Shown here in pieces: positions 1 to 10,121 of a stretch of DNA of 64,000 nucleotides; positions within the stretch are counted from its first letter, which is position 1, and each line of letters starts with the position of its first letter. The translations under genes were made by a program, and so were the position numbers. The stretch is from Abditibacterium sp. (GTDB taxonomy: Bacteria > Armatimonadota > Abditibacteriia > Abditibacteriales > Abditibacteriaceae). The DNA is taken from NCBI GenBank assembly GCA_965199495.1, contig CBDASK010000003.1, positions 2,016,001-2,080,000 on the forward strand, written 5' to 3'. Below the pieces are notes generated by a model that saw nothing but the letters and a program-made list of their open reading frames with translations, was not told where the DNA came from and ran no database searches.

Positions 1-1
1 C

Positions 2-2230
2 GGTCAAACGCAATTTCGACGCGGCGAAACGATTCATCTCGTCGCCAGCTTTACCAGCGACCGGCCCGGCTACAAAATCACCCGTTTCGTGCGCGATGAT
101 CGTGGCATGGCCACGCTGGGCGCGGTCAAAGTGACGCCCGCCGATGGCGTCACCGACCCGATTGGCGAATTGCCGCCGCCCACTTTTTTGGCAATCGCGG
201 GCTATGTTCCGCCGCCCGTCGCGCTGGGCGAAAAACCGGTCGAGTTTCCGTTTGTGCTTAACGATTGGGCGCGCTTCGATAAAACCGGCGTTTATCAAGT
301 CACGCTGACGACATCGCGCGTTTTCGTCGCCAAACCCGACGACCGCAAAAATCAGGCGGGCCTGTTATTCAATTCCAGTTTCAGCGCGTCAATTACGTCG
401 CAGCCGTTGCAAATCGAAATCACGCCCGCCGACGAAGCGTGGGCCAACGAGCAAATCGAAATCACGCGCGAATTTTGGCGCCAACAGGCGAGTTCATCGC
501 GTTACGCCGAAATAAAGCCGCCACAAAACGACATCAGTTTTCTGGGCACGCGCGCGGCGATGACGGCGATCATCGAGCATCTGAGCCATAACCCGCAACC
601 GCGCGAGTCGGATTACGAAACCCACCTGTTTCGCACCGGTTTCATCGGATTTCCCGACCGCGACTGGCTGATTGGCGCAATGAAACGCGCCCTCGCCCAG
701 CCGAATTACGCGGTCACGACGGGATTTTTCGATTTATTGACCGATCTGCAAAGCCTGAAAAACGCGCCGCGCCCGGCGGGCGCCGATGCGAATTTTGTCG
801 GTTCCAAAAAGGATGCGCAGGGCAACTACGAAAAAGACGCACAGGGCCACTACATTCCAGCCACGCCGACGCCCGCGCAACAGTTGCAGATCGATTGGGA
901 AAAGCGCCGCGCCGCCGCGCGTAATGCCGCGCAAAAAAGCGATTGGCTACAAATCACGGCGGCGACTCCAGCCAAAACCGCCGCGCCGCGCGCGATGACG
1001 CTGCACACTTTGCTCGGATTGGCGTGGCAGGGCAACTTGGAAAAAGAGCCGCAAATCAAAGCCCAATTGCCGCAGTTAGTCGCGCAACTCGCGCCGATTT
1101 TCGACCAGTTGCCCTCGCCCGCGCGCGCTAATTTGCTGGGCTATCAATGGGACAAAATCAAAAGTCCGGCGTTTGTGCCCGCACTGCAACGCTCGCGCCA
1201 GTTGCCGATTGACAAAAACGATTACGACGCCAAAGACGCCAACGATTTGGCGCTCAAGCGGTTGGCCGAAATCGCGCCTCAAGTCGGGCGCGCGCAGCTC
1301 ATCGCGCAAATCAAAAGTCCCAAACCAAGCGTCAATTTTGAGACGCTGAGCAGTTTGCCCGACGCGACTTTGCCCGCCTTGGACGATGCGCTGGCGGCCA
1401 ATTACGAGAATTCGGACAGCGAAATTTCGGCGCGTCTGATCGAGCGTTATGCCAGCGCCGCGATTTTGCCGCGCGTCAGAGCGCATTACGAAAGTTCGAG
1501 CGACCGTTTGGGTTACGGGAGTTTGCCAGCGATTCTCGCGTATTTCGTGCGCGTCAATCCCGGTTATGGTATTCCCAAAGTCGCGGTGCAGGCGCGCATT
1601 TTCGGAAAACGCGATGCTTACAGCTCGCTGCTGTTGGACGTGGCTACTCTGCAAAGCGACCCGCGACTCGAAAGCGTGGCGATTGCCAACTTGACCAATG
1701 CGGGCGAGGGCAGCGCCACCGACGCCGCGCAAACACTGGGGCGCATCGGTTCGCCCGCCGCAGAAGGCGCGTTGCTCGCGCGCCTGAAGAACACCAGCGA
1801 CGCCAAATATCCCAGAGTGCGCGGCCACATCGAATGGCGCGTCGTTGAGGCGCTGGCGGGAGGCCAGGGCTGGCTATGCCCGCCCGCCGAACTGCGCCAA
1901 ATTCGCGCGCTGTGCCTGACCGAGCAGGGCCGCAACACTGCCGATGATTATCTGCAACGGCGCGACAACCAAAAAGAAGGCGAGCCGCTGCACCTCGACT
2001 ATTCGCCGGACGGTTACTGGGGCGCCGACGGTTACAACGGGCGCGGCATGAACAGTTTCCGCGCCAAACTGGCGCAATTCCCGCGCGGCACGACGTTTAG
2101 ATGGCAAAAACTCGGCTCCGGCCCCGCCGCCGACCAAGCGTTTGAAACGACCAGACAATGGGCGGCGGCGCGTGGCTTGAAAATCGAGGCAGACAAATCG
2201 GCTCCACTGTCGCAATTTTTCGGCAACTAA
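2..2230 (+). CDS. Hypothetical protein with HEAT-like repeats, 5'-truncated by the window edge
   Basis: The frame of ORF 89..2230 is open back to base 2 (GQTQFRRGETIHLVASF...). Contains a HEAT-like segment (AAQTLGRIGSPAAEGALLARL). Confidence 0.75.
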   Translation, partial: GQTQFRRGETIHLVASFTSDRPGYKITRFVRDDRGMATLGAVKVTPADGVTDPIGELPPPTFLAIAGYVPPPVALGEKPVEFPFVLNDWARFDKTGVYQVTLTTSRVFVAKPDDRKNQAGLLFNSSFSASITSQPLQIEITPADEAWANEQIEITREFWRQQASSSRYAEIKPPQNDISFLGTRAAMTAIIEHLSHNPQPRESDYETHLFRTGFIGFPDRDWLIGAMKRALAQPNYAVTTGFFDLLTDLQSLKNAPRPAGADANFVGSKKDAQGNYEKDAQGHYIPATPTPAQQLQIDWEKRRAAARNAAQKSDWLQITAATPAKTAAPRAMTLHTLLGLAWQGNLEKEPQIKAQLPQLVAQLAPIFDQLPSPARANLLGYQWDKIKSPAFVPALQRSRQLPIDKNDYDAKDANDLALKRLAEIAPQVGRAQLIAQIKSPKPSVNFETLSSLPDATLPALDDALAANYENSDSEISARLIERYASAAILPRVRAHYESSSDRLGYGSLPAILAYFVRVNPGYGIPKVAVQARIFGKRDAYSSLLLDVATLQSDPRLESVAIANLTNAGEGSATDAAQTLGRIGSPAAEGALLARLKNTSDAKYPRVRGHIEWRVVEALAGGQGWLCPPAELRQIRALCLTEQGRNTADDYLQRRDNQKEGEPLHLDYSPDGYWGADGYNGRGMNSFRAKLAQFPRGTTFRWQKLGSGPAADQAFETTRQWAAARGLKIEADKSAPLSQFFGN

Positions 2231-2244
2231 AATGGCCTGAGCGC

Positions 2245-2277
2245 AAAAAGGGACGCCGACAAAAGTCAGCGTCCCGT
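2245..2277. terminator. Intrinsic terminator between convergent genes
   Basis: AAAAAGGGACGCCGAC-AAAA-GTCAGCGTCCCGT hairpin between two stop codons. Confidence 0.7.
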
Positions 2278-2294
2278 TCCGCTTTTCCAACCGC

Positions 2295-4322
2295 TTAATT
2301 CACCCCAACTTCCACTTGCTTCGCCACTTTCCCGCCGCCGTGGCTGCCGTTGGCGCCCGCGTTGGGCGCGACTTTTTCCAACCGCGCGCGCAACGTTTTC
2401 TCGATGCCGTTTTCGTCCAATCCCAATTCGGCGCGCTGAATAGCGGGCGACGCGTGATGAATAAAATGATCGGGAATGCCAATGATTTCGACGGGCACCA
2501 AAATTTCGTTTTGCGCCAGACATTCCAAAACCGCCGAACCAAATCCGCCCTGTTTCGCGTTCTCTTCGATGGTAATCAAACGTTGGCTACGGCGCGCCAA
2601 ATCGCAGATCGTTGCCTCGTCGAGAGGCTTAACAAATCGTGCATTGAGCAAAGCGACGCGGCGCCCTTCGGCGCGCAATTTCTCGACGGCGGGCCGCGCC
2701 ATCAAAACGCTGTAACCGATGGCCAAAACCGCGACTTCGGGATTTTCGTCGTCCAACAAAATTTCGGATTTGCCAATTTCCAGTGGCTCAATCGGGCCGC
2801 TCAAATCCACGCCGATGCCGACGCCGCGAGGATAACGCACGGCGGTCGGGCCATCAACCGTGAAGCACGCTTTGAGCATCGAGCGCAGTTCGTTCTCGTC
2901 TTTGGGCGCCATCACGACCATATTGGGAATGCCGCGCAAATAGGTAAAATCGAACACGCCTTGATGCGTCGCGCCGTCTTCGCCGACCAAGCCACCGCGA
3001 TCCAAGGCAAACGTCACGGGCAAACCTTGCGGGCGATGCTGACAGACATCATGCACGATTTGATCATAGGCGCGCTGCATAAACGTCGAATAAATCGTGA
3101 CGACCGGATGCAAACCGCGCAGCGCCAATCCCGACGCGAACGTCACGGCGTGTTCTTCGGTCATGCCAACATCGAAGCCGCGCTTGGGGAAACGCTCGAT
3201 AAATTGGTCAATGCCAGTTCCGCCCGCCATCGCGGCGGTGATGGCGACGATTTTTTCGTTTTCTTCGGCCAATTCGCACAAGGTATCGGCGAAAACCTGC
3301 GTGTAAGACGGCGCCTTTTTGGGCGCAACCAATTTCGCGCTGTCTTCTTGCAACGAATCTTTGGGCGCTCCGTTCGCTTCGACTTTGACGGGGCCAAAAC
3401 CAGCTTTTTCCAGTTCGGCGGGCGTGGCCGCGTGCCATTTGACCTGACCGTCGGGCTTTTCGGCTTTCTCGAAACCTTTGCCTTTCACCGTCACCGTATG
3501 AATCAGAACCGGCCCATTAAAATCGCGTGCGGTTTTGAATGCCTGAATCAATTCCGAATAATTATGGCCGTTAATCGGGCCGAGATAATGATAGCCCAAT
3601 TCTTCAAACCACATTCCCGGCACAACCATCGATTTGACGCCCGCGCGCAGTTTCTGGCCGACTTCGAGAACCAATTCGCCGCCGGGCAATTTCTCGAAGA
3701 CTTTTTCTAAATTCTGGCGCGTGTTGCGATAAACCGGATCAGTGCGCACGCGGCGCAGATAATTATTCATTGACGAGTTGTTGTGGCTGATGCCCATCTC
3801 GTTATCATTGAGAACAATGATAATTTTGCGGCCCGAATGTCCGGCCTGATGCAAACCTTCCTGCGCCAACCCGCCGACAACCGAACCGTCGCCGATACAG
3901 GCGATGACTTCCTCTTTCTCGCCCAACAAATCGCGCGCGACGGCATAACCCAACGCCTGCGAAATCGAGGTCGAGCCGTGACCGGGATTGGTCGTATCGT
4001 ATTCCGATTCTTCGATGCGCGGAAACGGCGCGATACCATCTTTCTGGCGCAGCGTATGGAAACGGTCACGGCGTCCGGTGAGGATTTTGTGCGCGTAAGC
4101 CTGATAACCGACATCCCAGACGATTTTATCTTTGGGCGTGTTGAACACATAATGCAGCGCCACGCAGATGTCAACCGAACCCAACGGGCCGCCAAAATGA
4201 CCGCCGGTTTGCGCGATGGTGTCGATGATTTTCTTGCGGACTTCATCGGCGACTTCGGGCAGTTGGCTGGGTTTGAGCTTTTTAAGATCGGCGGGCGAAT
4301 TGATTTTATCCAAATACTTCAT
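2295..4322 (-). CDS. dxs: 1-deoxy-D-xylulose-5-phosphate synthase
   Basis: Starts MKYLDKINSPADLKKL. Motifs WDVGYQAYAHKILTGRR, GDG...NDNEM, YSTFMQRAYDQ and DRGGLVGEDGATHQG. Start trimmed to ATG 4322. Confidence 0.97.
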   Translation of the reverse strand: MKYLDKINSPADLKKLKPSQLPEVADEVRKKIIDTIAQTGGHFGGPLGSVDICVALHYVFNTPKDKIVWDVGYQAYAHKILTGRRDRFHTLRQKDGIAPFPRIEESEYDTTNPGHGSTSISQALGYAVARDLLGEKEEVIACIGDGSVVGGLAQEGLHQAGHSGRKIIIVLNDNEMGISHNNSSMNNYLRRVRTDPVYRNTRQNLEKVFEKLPGGELVLEVGQKLRAGVKSMVVPGMWFEELGYHYLGPINGHNYSELIQAFKTARDFNGPVLIHTVTVKGKGFEKAEKPDGQVKWHAATPAELEKAGFGPVKVEANGAPKDSLQEDSAKLVAPKKAPSYTQVFADTLCELAEENEKIVAITAAMAGGTGIDQFIERFPKRGFDVGMTEEHAVTFASGLALRGLHPVVTIYSTFMQRAYDQIVHDVCQHRPQGLPVTFALDRGGLVGEDGATHQGVFDFTYLRGIPNMVVMAPKDENELRSMLKACFTVDGPTAVRYPRGVGIGVDLSGPIEPLEIGKSEILLDDENPEVAVLAIGYSVLMARPAVEKLRAEGRRVALLNARFVKPLDEATICDLARRSQRLITIEENAKQGGFGSAVLECLAQNEILVPVEIIGIPDHFIHHASPAIQRAELGLDENGIEKTLRARLEKVAPNAGANGSHGGGKVAKQVEVGVN

Positions 4323-4427
4323 GAGAAAAGGTTTACGACGCTTTAATAAGTTTAAAAGTTCGGCGCGTGGTGCGGTGCGAATTTGTGTTGAAGGGTTGAG
4401 ACCTCGTTGGAGTTTGCGGCAGGTTTG

Positions 4428-4625
4428 ACGTTTGGCCCCCTCCCCAGCCCTCCCCCGTGCCGGGAGAGGGAGCACTGTTGAAGTCGCCGTTAGTTTTCGC
4501 AACTTGCATTGCAGTTCAAAGTCGGCACCGTCTTACGACTTTCCAAGAAAGCTCAATACCAATTGGCGTCCCGAAAAGTGCTCCCTCTCCCGGCACGGGG
4601 GAGGGCTGGGGAGGGGGCCAAACGT
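4428..4625. repeat. Palindromic element, family A (CCCCTCCCC/GGGAGAGGG type); perfect 49-bp inverted arms
   Basis: 4428-4476 is the exact reverse complement of 4577-4625, with a 100-bp spacer. Confidence 0.9.
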
Positions 4626-4642
4626 TCGCTCTCCACGAAACG

Positions 4643-5548
4643 CTACTTATTGCGCGCCACCACAAACCGCGCCAACGCCCGCAATCCATCGGCTTCCGCG
4701 CCAAAACCGTTCAGTGCCAAAACCGCGCGATCACGCGCTTCGAGCGCCATCGTTTTAGCTGGCTCCAATCCGTAAAGCGCCGGAAAAGTCATCTTGTCAT
4801 TGGCGGCGTCGGTCGAGGCTTTGCCCATAATTTCCGGGTCGCCCTCGACATCCAACACATCGTCCCAAATCTGAAAAGAGCGCCCCAAATGCGCGCCATA
4901 ATCGCGCAGCGCCGCGACGTGGCTGCTCTCGCCGCCACCCAATATCGCGCCCGCTTCGGCGCTCGCCTGAAGCAAAGCGCCGGTTTTCAACGCGTGCAAA
5001 CGCCCCAACTGCGCGCCCGAAATGCGATTATCGCCCTCGAATCGCGTCCAATCGATGTCCATCGCCTGCCCGCCCGCCATACCAAGTGCGCCCGCCGCGC
5101 GCGCGACCAAAGTCACAACACCCAAATTGCCAGCGCGCGCCAACGCTTCCATCGCCAAGGTTTGCAGTGCGTCGCCCGCTAAAATTGCCATCGCGTCACC
5201 AAACTCGATGTGACAGGTCGCGCGCCCACGCCGCGTCGGCGCATCGTCCATCGCGGGCAAATCGTCGTGAATCAGCGAATACGCGTGAATCATTTCGATG
5301 GCGCACGCGGCGTCTAAAGCGGGCTGCACGTTCAAATCGCCGCCATTACCCGACGCGCGATGCACGGCGAACGCGCTTTCGAGCAATAAAAGCGGACGCG
5401 TGCGTTTGCCACCGCTCAGAGCGGCGTAGCGCATGGCGTTGGATAAAAGCGCCAATCCGCGTTCAGCATCGGGCGCGGGAGCGGGCAACCAATCGGCGAG
5501 CGCGTCTTCGATAATGGCGGGCGAATAATGCCAGGGGATTTCGTTCAT
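4643..5548 (-). CDS. ispA: Geranyl/farnesyl diphosphate synthase (polyprenyl synthetase)
   Basis: Motifs GGKRTRP, EMIHAYSLIHDDLPAMDD, KTGAL and FQIWDDVLD. xseB-ispA-dxs synteny. Confidence 0.95.
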   Translation of the reverse strand: MNEIPWHYSPAIIEDALADWLPAPAPDAERGLALLSNAMRYAALSGGKRTRPLLLLESAFAVHRASGNGGDLNVQPALDAACAIEMIHAYSLIHDDLPAMDDAPTRRGRATCHIEFGDAMAILAGDALQTLAMEALARAGNLGVVTLVARAAGALGMAGGQAMDIDWTRFEGDNRISGAQLGRLHALKTGALLQASAEAGAILGGGESSHVAALRDYGAHLGRSFQIWDDVLDVEGDPEIMGKASTDAANDKMTFPALYGLEPAKTMALEARDRAVLALNGFGAEADGLRALARFVVARNK

Positions 5549-5573
5549 AAATCGGCTATCTTGGATGGGCGGC

Positions 5574-5767
5574 GCTGCTTTCCGTAGGTTTCACCTACGG
5601 CAGAGGGCGACTTTGTCACCGGACGCGCTGCGCGCTTTCTCGTGGGCAAAATGCAACTGGTATTAATTCATCTCGCGGCAAGCATTAATTCTTCGCTTGC
5701 CGCAAGTGCGAAGCACGTCCGGCGACAAAGTCGCCCTCTGCCGTAGGTGAAACCTACGGAAAGCAGC
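5574..5767. repeat. Palindromic REP-doublet-like element, family B (CGTAGG-N5-CCTACGGCAGA)
   Basis: 52-bp arms 5574-5625 and 5716-5767 with 1 mismatch. Each arm holds a small internal hairpin. Confidence 0.9.
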
Positions 5768-5770
5768 ACA

Positions 5771-6022
5771 TCAATCTTCCTCTTCGCTCTCCATTTTCTC
5801 CGTGACCAACTCACCATCTTCGGTCATCACCAACTTTTCCAGCGCCAACTCCGCCTGCGCCAGAGTCGTCTCGCAACGCTTGGCCAATTCCAAACCGTGC
5901 TGCAACAATTGTAGGGATTTTTCCAACGGCACGCCGCCGCTTTCCAGCGCCGAAACCACGTTTTCCAATTCGTGCAACGCCGTCTCAAACGATTCGGGCG
6001 CGCTCACAGTTTTATCGGACAT
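5771..6022 (-). CDS. xseB: Exodeoxyribonuclease VII small subunit
   Basis: SFETALHELENVVSALESGGVPLEKSL. ATG 6022 overlaps the xseA 3' end. Confidence 0.95.
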   Translation of the reverse strand: MSDKTVSAPESFETALHELENVVSALESGGVPLEKSLQLLQHGLELAKRCETTLAQAELALEKLVMTEDGELVTEKMESEEED

Positions 6023-7232
6023 CAACTTTAAATTCTCCATCGGCCAAACTCACGACGAGGGTTTGACCGGCGCGGGCGTCGGCCAGCGAACTGACGATGG
6101 CGCCGGTTTTTTCGTCGGTCAAAAAGGCGTAGCCGCGTTCCAAAACGCGGCGCGGATCGAGCGCGCGCAATTGTGAACGCGCGGCATCCAAACGCGCCCT
6201 TTCTATTTTAACATGACAACTCGCCGCCTCCGCCGCCCGCGCCCGCAATGCAGCCACGCCGTCCCGCAACTGCGCGATCTGCCCGGCGGGATTCGACAAC
6301 GAACGCGACTTTTTCAAGTAATCCAACTTCTGCCGCGCCAACCGAATATCGCCGCTTGCGACTTGCGCGGCGCGCAGTTTCAATCCCGCGACGTAGTCCA
6401 TGAGTTCTCGAATATCGGGCGCGACCAACTCCGCCGCCGCCGATGGCGTGGCTGCTCGGCGGTCGGCCACGAAATCTAAAATCGTGAAATCGGTTTCGTG
6501 GCCGACCGCAGAAATCAGCGGCAGGGCGCAATCGGCGGCGGCGCGCGCCAACTCTTCGTCGTTGAAGCACCACAAATCTTCGGCGCTGCCGCCGCCGCGC
6601 GCCACGATCAAAACATCCAAATCGCCCAACGCCTCGGCGAAACTCAAAGCCCGCGTCAAATCGAGGGGCGCCGAAAACCCCTGCACCGCCGCCGGAATCA
6701 AAACCACCGTCGCCAGAGGATAACGCCGACTCAAAACCGTGAGAATATCGCGGATGACCGCGCCCGTCGGCGAAGTAATCACGCCGATGCGACGCGGCAA
6801 ATGCGGAAGTTGCAGTTTGCGTTCTGGGTCGAACAAGCCTTCCTCGGCGAGCGAGAGTTTGAGGCGCTCGAACGCCTCGAACATTTCGCCCTGTCCGGCG
6901 AAGTGCAACTGCCGCACGATGAGCGAAGTTTCGCCGCGCGCGCCGTAATAATCGACTTCGCCAAACGCCAAAACTTTGTCGCCGTTGGCGGGCCGAAACC
7001 CCAGCCGCGCGACCGACGACCGCCACATTTTGGCGCTAATTTGGTTATGGTCGTCTTTGAGCGAAAAGTAGCAATGCCCCGATGAATGATGCTTAAAATT
7101 GGAGATTTCGCCCGCGACGGCGATGTCGCAGAGAATCGGATCGGCCTGCAACACGCGTTTGATGTGCGCGTTGAGGTCGCCGACCGTAAAAGCCGCTTCG
7201 GGAGCGAAAACTGGGGCGAGAAGGTCTTGCAC
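6012..7232 (-). CDS. xseA: Exodeoxyribonuclease VII large subunit
   Basis: GEISNFKHHSSGHCYFSLKD, ARGGGSAEDLWCFNDE and SAVGHETDFTILDFVADRRAATPSAAAE. Confidence 0.97.
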   Translation of the reverse strand: MQDLLAPVFAPEAAFTVGDLNAHIKRVLQADPILCDIAVAGEISNFKHHSSGHCYFSLKDDHNQISAKMWRSSVARLGFRPANGDKVLAFGEVDYYGARGETSLIVRQLHFAGQGEMFEAFERLKLSLAEEGLFDPERKLQLPHLPRRIGVITSPTGAVIRDILTVLSRRYPLATVVLIPAAVQGFSAPLDLTRALSFAEALGDLDVLIVARGGGSAEDLWCFNDEELARAAADCALPLISAVGHETDFTILDFVADRRAATPSAAAELVAPDIRELMDYVAGLKLRAAQVASGDIRLARQKLDYLKKSRSLSNPAGQIAQLRDGVAALRARAAEAASCHVKIERARLDAARSQLRALDPRRVLERGYAFLTDEKTGAIVSSLADARAGQTLVVSLADGEFKVDVR

Positions 7233-7295
7233 GAGAAGGGAAGTTTAGATGATGAATCGAATATGCATATGGTTTTGAGAACAAATTCTCTTTTG

Positions 7296-7805
7296 CTACT
7301 TTATAGCCGAAGAAGATTTTTTCATCCGATTCTCATACTTCATAATGACTTTCGCAACATCGTCTGAACCACTGAATTTCGCAAGCTGCCAAGCTGTATA
7401 TCCCTCTTTGCTAAGAATTCGCGGATCTGCTCCCCTGTCAAGTAGGAGTTTCGCTACTTCCGGTGTTGGAGCATGCATAAGAGGCGTGTATCCGTCAGCG
7501 TGACTATTGACATCAGCGCCTTCATCAATCAACAAATTTATCATCTCAACATCAGGTTTTTCCATCGCGAAGTCCAATGGAGTGCCACCCACTAATCCTC
7601 CCATCCCGTATTGGTTAGGATTCGCTCCCCTACGCATTAAATCCCTTACTTGAACAGCATCACCATTTTTGATGGCATCATGCACATCTGGAGAAAGATA
7701 GATATTCCTTGTCCATATGAAAGCAGGCTTGGCGGCAAACGCCACAAGGAAAAATATCGAAGCAATTAAAACTGTTTTCTTTTTCTTCTGAGTTTTCTCT
7801 GACAT
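7296..7805 (-). CDS. Ankyrin-repeat protein with N-terminal membrane anchor (AT-rich, probably acquired)
   Basis: GTPLDFA...GADVN and GYTPLMHA...GADP repeats. Visibly lower GC than its neighbours. Confidence 0.85.
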   Translation of the reverse strand: MSEKTQKKKKTVLIASIFFLVAFAAKPAFIWTRNIYLSPDVHDAIKNGDAVQVRDLMRRGANPNQYGMGGLVGGTPLDFAMEKPDVEMINLLIDEGADVNSHADGYTPLMHAPTPEVAKLLLDRGADPRILSKEGYTAWQLAKFSGSDDVAKVIMKYENRMKKSSSAIK

Positions 7806-7890
7806 ATGTCCATTTTAACAAAGAACACAGAAACGCCAATTCACGTTATGCAAAGCGTTTAATTTCCGATCAATTTAGCGAATTGCCGCT

Positions 7891-7986
7891 CGTAGAGACA
7901 CCGACTTGTCGTGTCTAAAACGTCGGAGTTGCTTCAGATTGGCGGCAAGCGCAACGTTTTAGACACGACAAGTCGGTGTCTCTACG
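7891..7986. repeat. GTAG-type REP doublet (REPIN-like), family C copy 1
   Basis: CGTAGAGACACCGACTTGTCGTGTCTAAAACGT at 7891-7923 and its reverse complement at 7954-7986. Confidence 0.9.
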
Positions 7987-8043
7987 GGGCGTTGAAGAAG
8001 TTTGAAATTTCCTCGAATTCCGTGCAGAGTACGGTTGGCTTTA

Positions 8044-8184
8044 GAGGGTGTTAGGGACTCGTTGAGCGTGAATTGAGCAGTATCGTTTCAAGCACAAATT
8101 TTGCTTCACGCTCAAAAGCGATTTTCTGCGCTCTTGCCAAGAACCCGTATTTGCACGTTCACGTTCAACGAGTCCCTAACCCTC
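8044..8184. mobile_element. 141-bp MITE with terminal inverted repeats and TA target duplication
   Basis: Ends GAGGGTGTTAGGGACTCGTTGAGCGTGAA and TTCACGTTCAACGAGTCCCTAACCCTC. TA at 8042-8043 and 8185-8186. The empty site GGTTGGCTT-TA-GCCTGAAATCAGGAGATT is present at about 10060-10088. Confidence 0.85.
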
Positions 8185-8296
8185 TAGCCTGAAATCAGGA
8201 GATTGATCTCCTGACCCGACGAACAAGCAGCGTCGTCCTAAACCGAGATCTCCCGTAGGACGTGGCTGGTGTCGAGAACCACCAAACCGAAACGAC

Positions 8297-8402
8297 AAAA
8301 AAGCACGCGAACCAAATTCGCGTGCTTTTTTGTCTCGGCCAAATTGACCGTTTAGACTTGCGTCAATTTGATGCGGCCTTTGGCTCGGCGGCGCGAGATG
8401 AT
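8297..8402 (-). pseudogene. rpmH: Duplicated 3' fragment of rpmH ([16 protein letters not shown]) plus its terminator
   Basis: Direct repeat of 10577-10682, with 4 mismatches in 106 bp. Confidence 0.9.
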
Positions 8403-8522
8403 CTTGCACGAACAGAAAAGTTCAGCAACGCCGCGCACGTTCAGTTTCGGGCGTAGCTTCGGCGTGGCTGCATTGCTTGCGTGCGGCGTCTCCGTGTGTC
8501 AAAGTAATTTGGTGGTAATAAT

Positions 8523-9017
8523 ATGAGCGTTCCCAAGCACATTGTCGCAGTCGCCGGACTGGTTGCGGATGATTTAGGTCGCGTTTTGATGCTTCGCAAT
8601 CTTCGGGATGAATGGGAATTCCCAGGCGGTCAAGTCGAAGAGGGCGAGGATTTGATTGAGGCGTTGCAGCGTGAGGTATGGGAAGAAACAGGCGTAGTCA
8701 TCTCTGTCGGTGAATTAGTTGGTGTTTACTCCAATGTGCAGTCGTGCATCGTGATGTTGGACTTTCTATGTAAACCGATAGGTGGAGACTTGAAGATGGG
8801 TGAAGAGAGTTTGGAAGTGGAGTGGGTCAATCGAACCGAAGTTTTATCTCGAATCAAACTGCCTGTTATTTGTGATCGCATGAGAGATATGCTGGAGTTT
8901 GATGGGCAGGTCGTTTACCGCGCTTATTCGTTTGGCATGAATACGACGGGGATTGTTGATTACGCGATTAAGGAAGAACGGAATATCTCTGGTGCGCGCG
9001 GCATTGCGGGAAAATAA
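8523..9017 (+). CDS. NUDIX hydrolase
   Basis: Nudix box GGQVEEGEDLIEALQREVWEETG. Confidence 0.92.
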   Translation: MSVPKHIVAVAGLVADDLGRVLMLRNLRDEWEFPGGQVEEGEDLIEALQREVWEETGVVISVGELVGVYSNVQSCIVMLDFLCKPIGGDLKMGEESLEVEWVNRTEVLSRIKLPVICDRMRDMLEFDGQVVYRAYSFGMNTTGIVDYAIKEERNISGARGIAGK

Positions 9018-9041
9018 GGGGAAGGAGACACTGAAATTCTC

Positions 9042-9755
9042 ATGTCAACAGAAGATATAAAAGATTGGAATAAGATTGCTGATTCTTATATGAAATCTGC
9101 TAATTCTGGCGATTTTATCAATCGTCAATTCGCCTCTATTTTGTGGGAATCACTTGGCGACATCCGGAATTTGCAGGTTCTTGATTTGGGGTGTGGTGCC
9201 GGTTGGCTTAGCCAAGAGTTGAATCAGGCTGGCGCCAAAGTGCTTGGAATTGACGGTTCAGCCGAGTTGCTCAAAACAGCACAAACCTCTTTCCCAAACA
9301 TCGAGTTCATGGAATATGACCTGTCGCAAGGTCTTCCACCTCTGACTTGCACATTTGAACGCATTGTCGCCAACATGGTTTTGATGGATATTCCTGACCT
9401 CACCAAACTCATGCAAGCGGTGCGTCAAGTGCTCGCGCCAGGCGGCAAGTTCATTTTTACCATGCAACATCCCTGCTTCTTCAACCTCAAGTCTCATCGT
9501 GATGATGATGGTCAATTATTCAAGAAGCTCACTCGCTATCTCCAGCCCGAAGTTTGGCGCATGGAAGGTTTTGGCGGTCATAATCACTATCACCGTAGCC
9601 TGACTTTTTACTTTGACCACTTGCGCGAAAATCAAATGGCAGTGACACGTTTATACGAGCCTAAGCACATTTCGCACGCGGAGAGGCCAGAAGCCGACCA
9701 GAAGTTCTTCGAGAATATTCCCATCTTCATTTTGGTAGAAGCAACGGCAATATAA
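9042..9755 (+). CDS. Class I SAM-dependent methyltransferase
   Basis: VLDLGCGAG, VLGIDGSAELL and VLAPGGKFIF. Confidence 0.92.
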   Translation: MSTEDIKDWNKIADSYMKSANSGDFINRQFASILWESLGDIRNLQVLDLGCGAGWLSQELNQAGAKVLGIDGSAELLKTAQTSFPNIEFMEYDLSQGLPPLTCTFERIVANMVLMDIPDLTKLMQAVRQVLAPGGKFIFTMQHPCFFNLKSHRDDDGQLFKKLTRYLQPEVWRMEGFGGHNHYHRSLTFYFDHLRENQMAVTRLYEPKHISHAERPEADQKFFENIPIFILVEATAI

Positions 9756-9844
9756 GTCATCGACACCGATCGAACGAGGCGCTGCCTGAGACCGATTATA
9801 GCTCCTGTCACTCCTCGAAGAGTGCGGCCACGCCGCCCAGACGC

Positions 9845-9880
9845 AAAAAAGCACGCGATATTGATTCGCGTGCTTTTTTG
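9845..9880. terminator. Bidirectional terminator; diverged third copy of the rpmH terminator
   Basis: AAAAAAGCACGCGA-loop-TCGCGTGCTTTTTTG, the same stem as at 8297 and 10577. Confidence 0.85.
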
Positions 9881-9927
9881 TTTGGGCTAATGGATTTTAA
9901 CGCTCGGTGCGAAATGGGATTGCCTTT

Positions 9928-10025
9928 CGTAGAGACACCGACTTGTCGTGTCTAAAACGTGAATGCACGGGCGTTCGTTTGCGGAGCCCCGAACATTTTA
10001 GACACGACAAGTCGGTGTCTCTACG
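9928..10025. repeat. GTAG-type REP doublet, family C copy 2
   Basis: Same arms as 7891-7986 with a different spacer. Confidence 0.9.
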
Positions 10026-10121
10026 GGGCACGAAGAATTTTGAATTTCGTGCGGAGCACGGTTGGCTTTAGCCTGAAATCAGGAGATTCATCAAATGTAG
10101 TTCTCTTGCTGAGTTTCTTGG

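Noticed and set aside
4323..4502. 60-aa N-terminal extension of Dxs (LPLPARGRAGEG)
   Set aside because: It is read-through into the family A palindrome. The canonical start is MKYLDKI at 4322.
8403..9840. NUDIX and methyltransferase genes as integron cassettes
   Set aside because: No attC-type RYYYAAC...GTTRRRY structure between the genes and no integron integrase.
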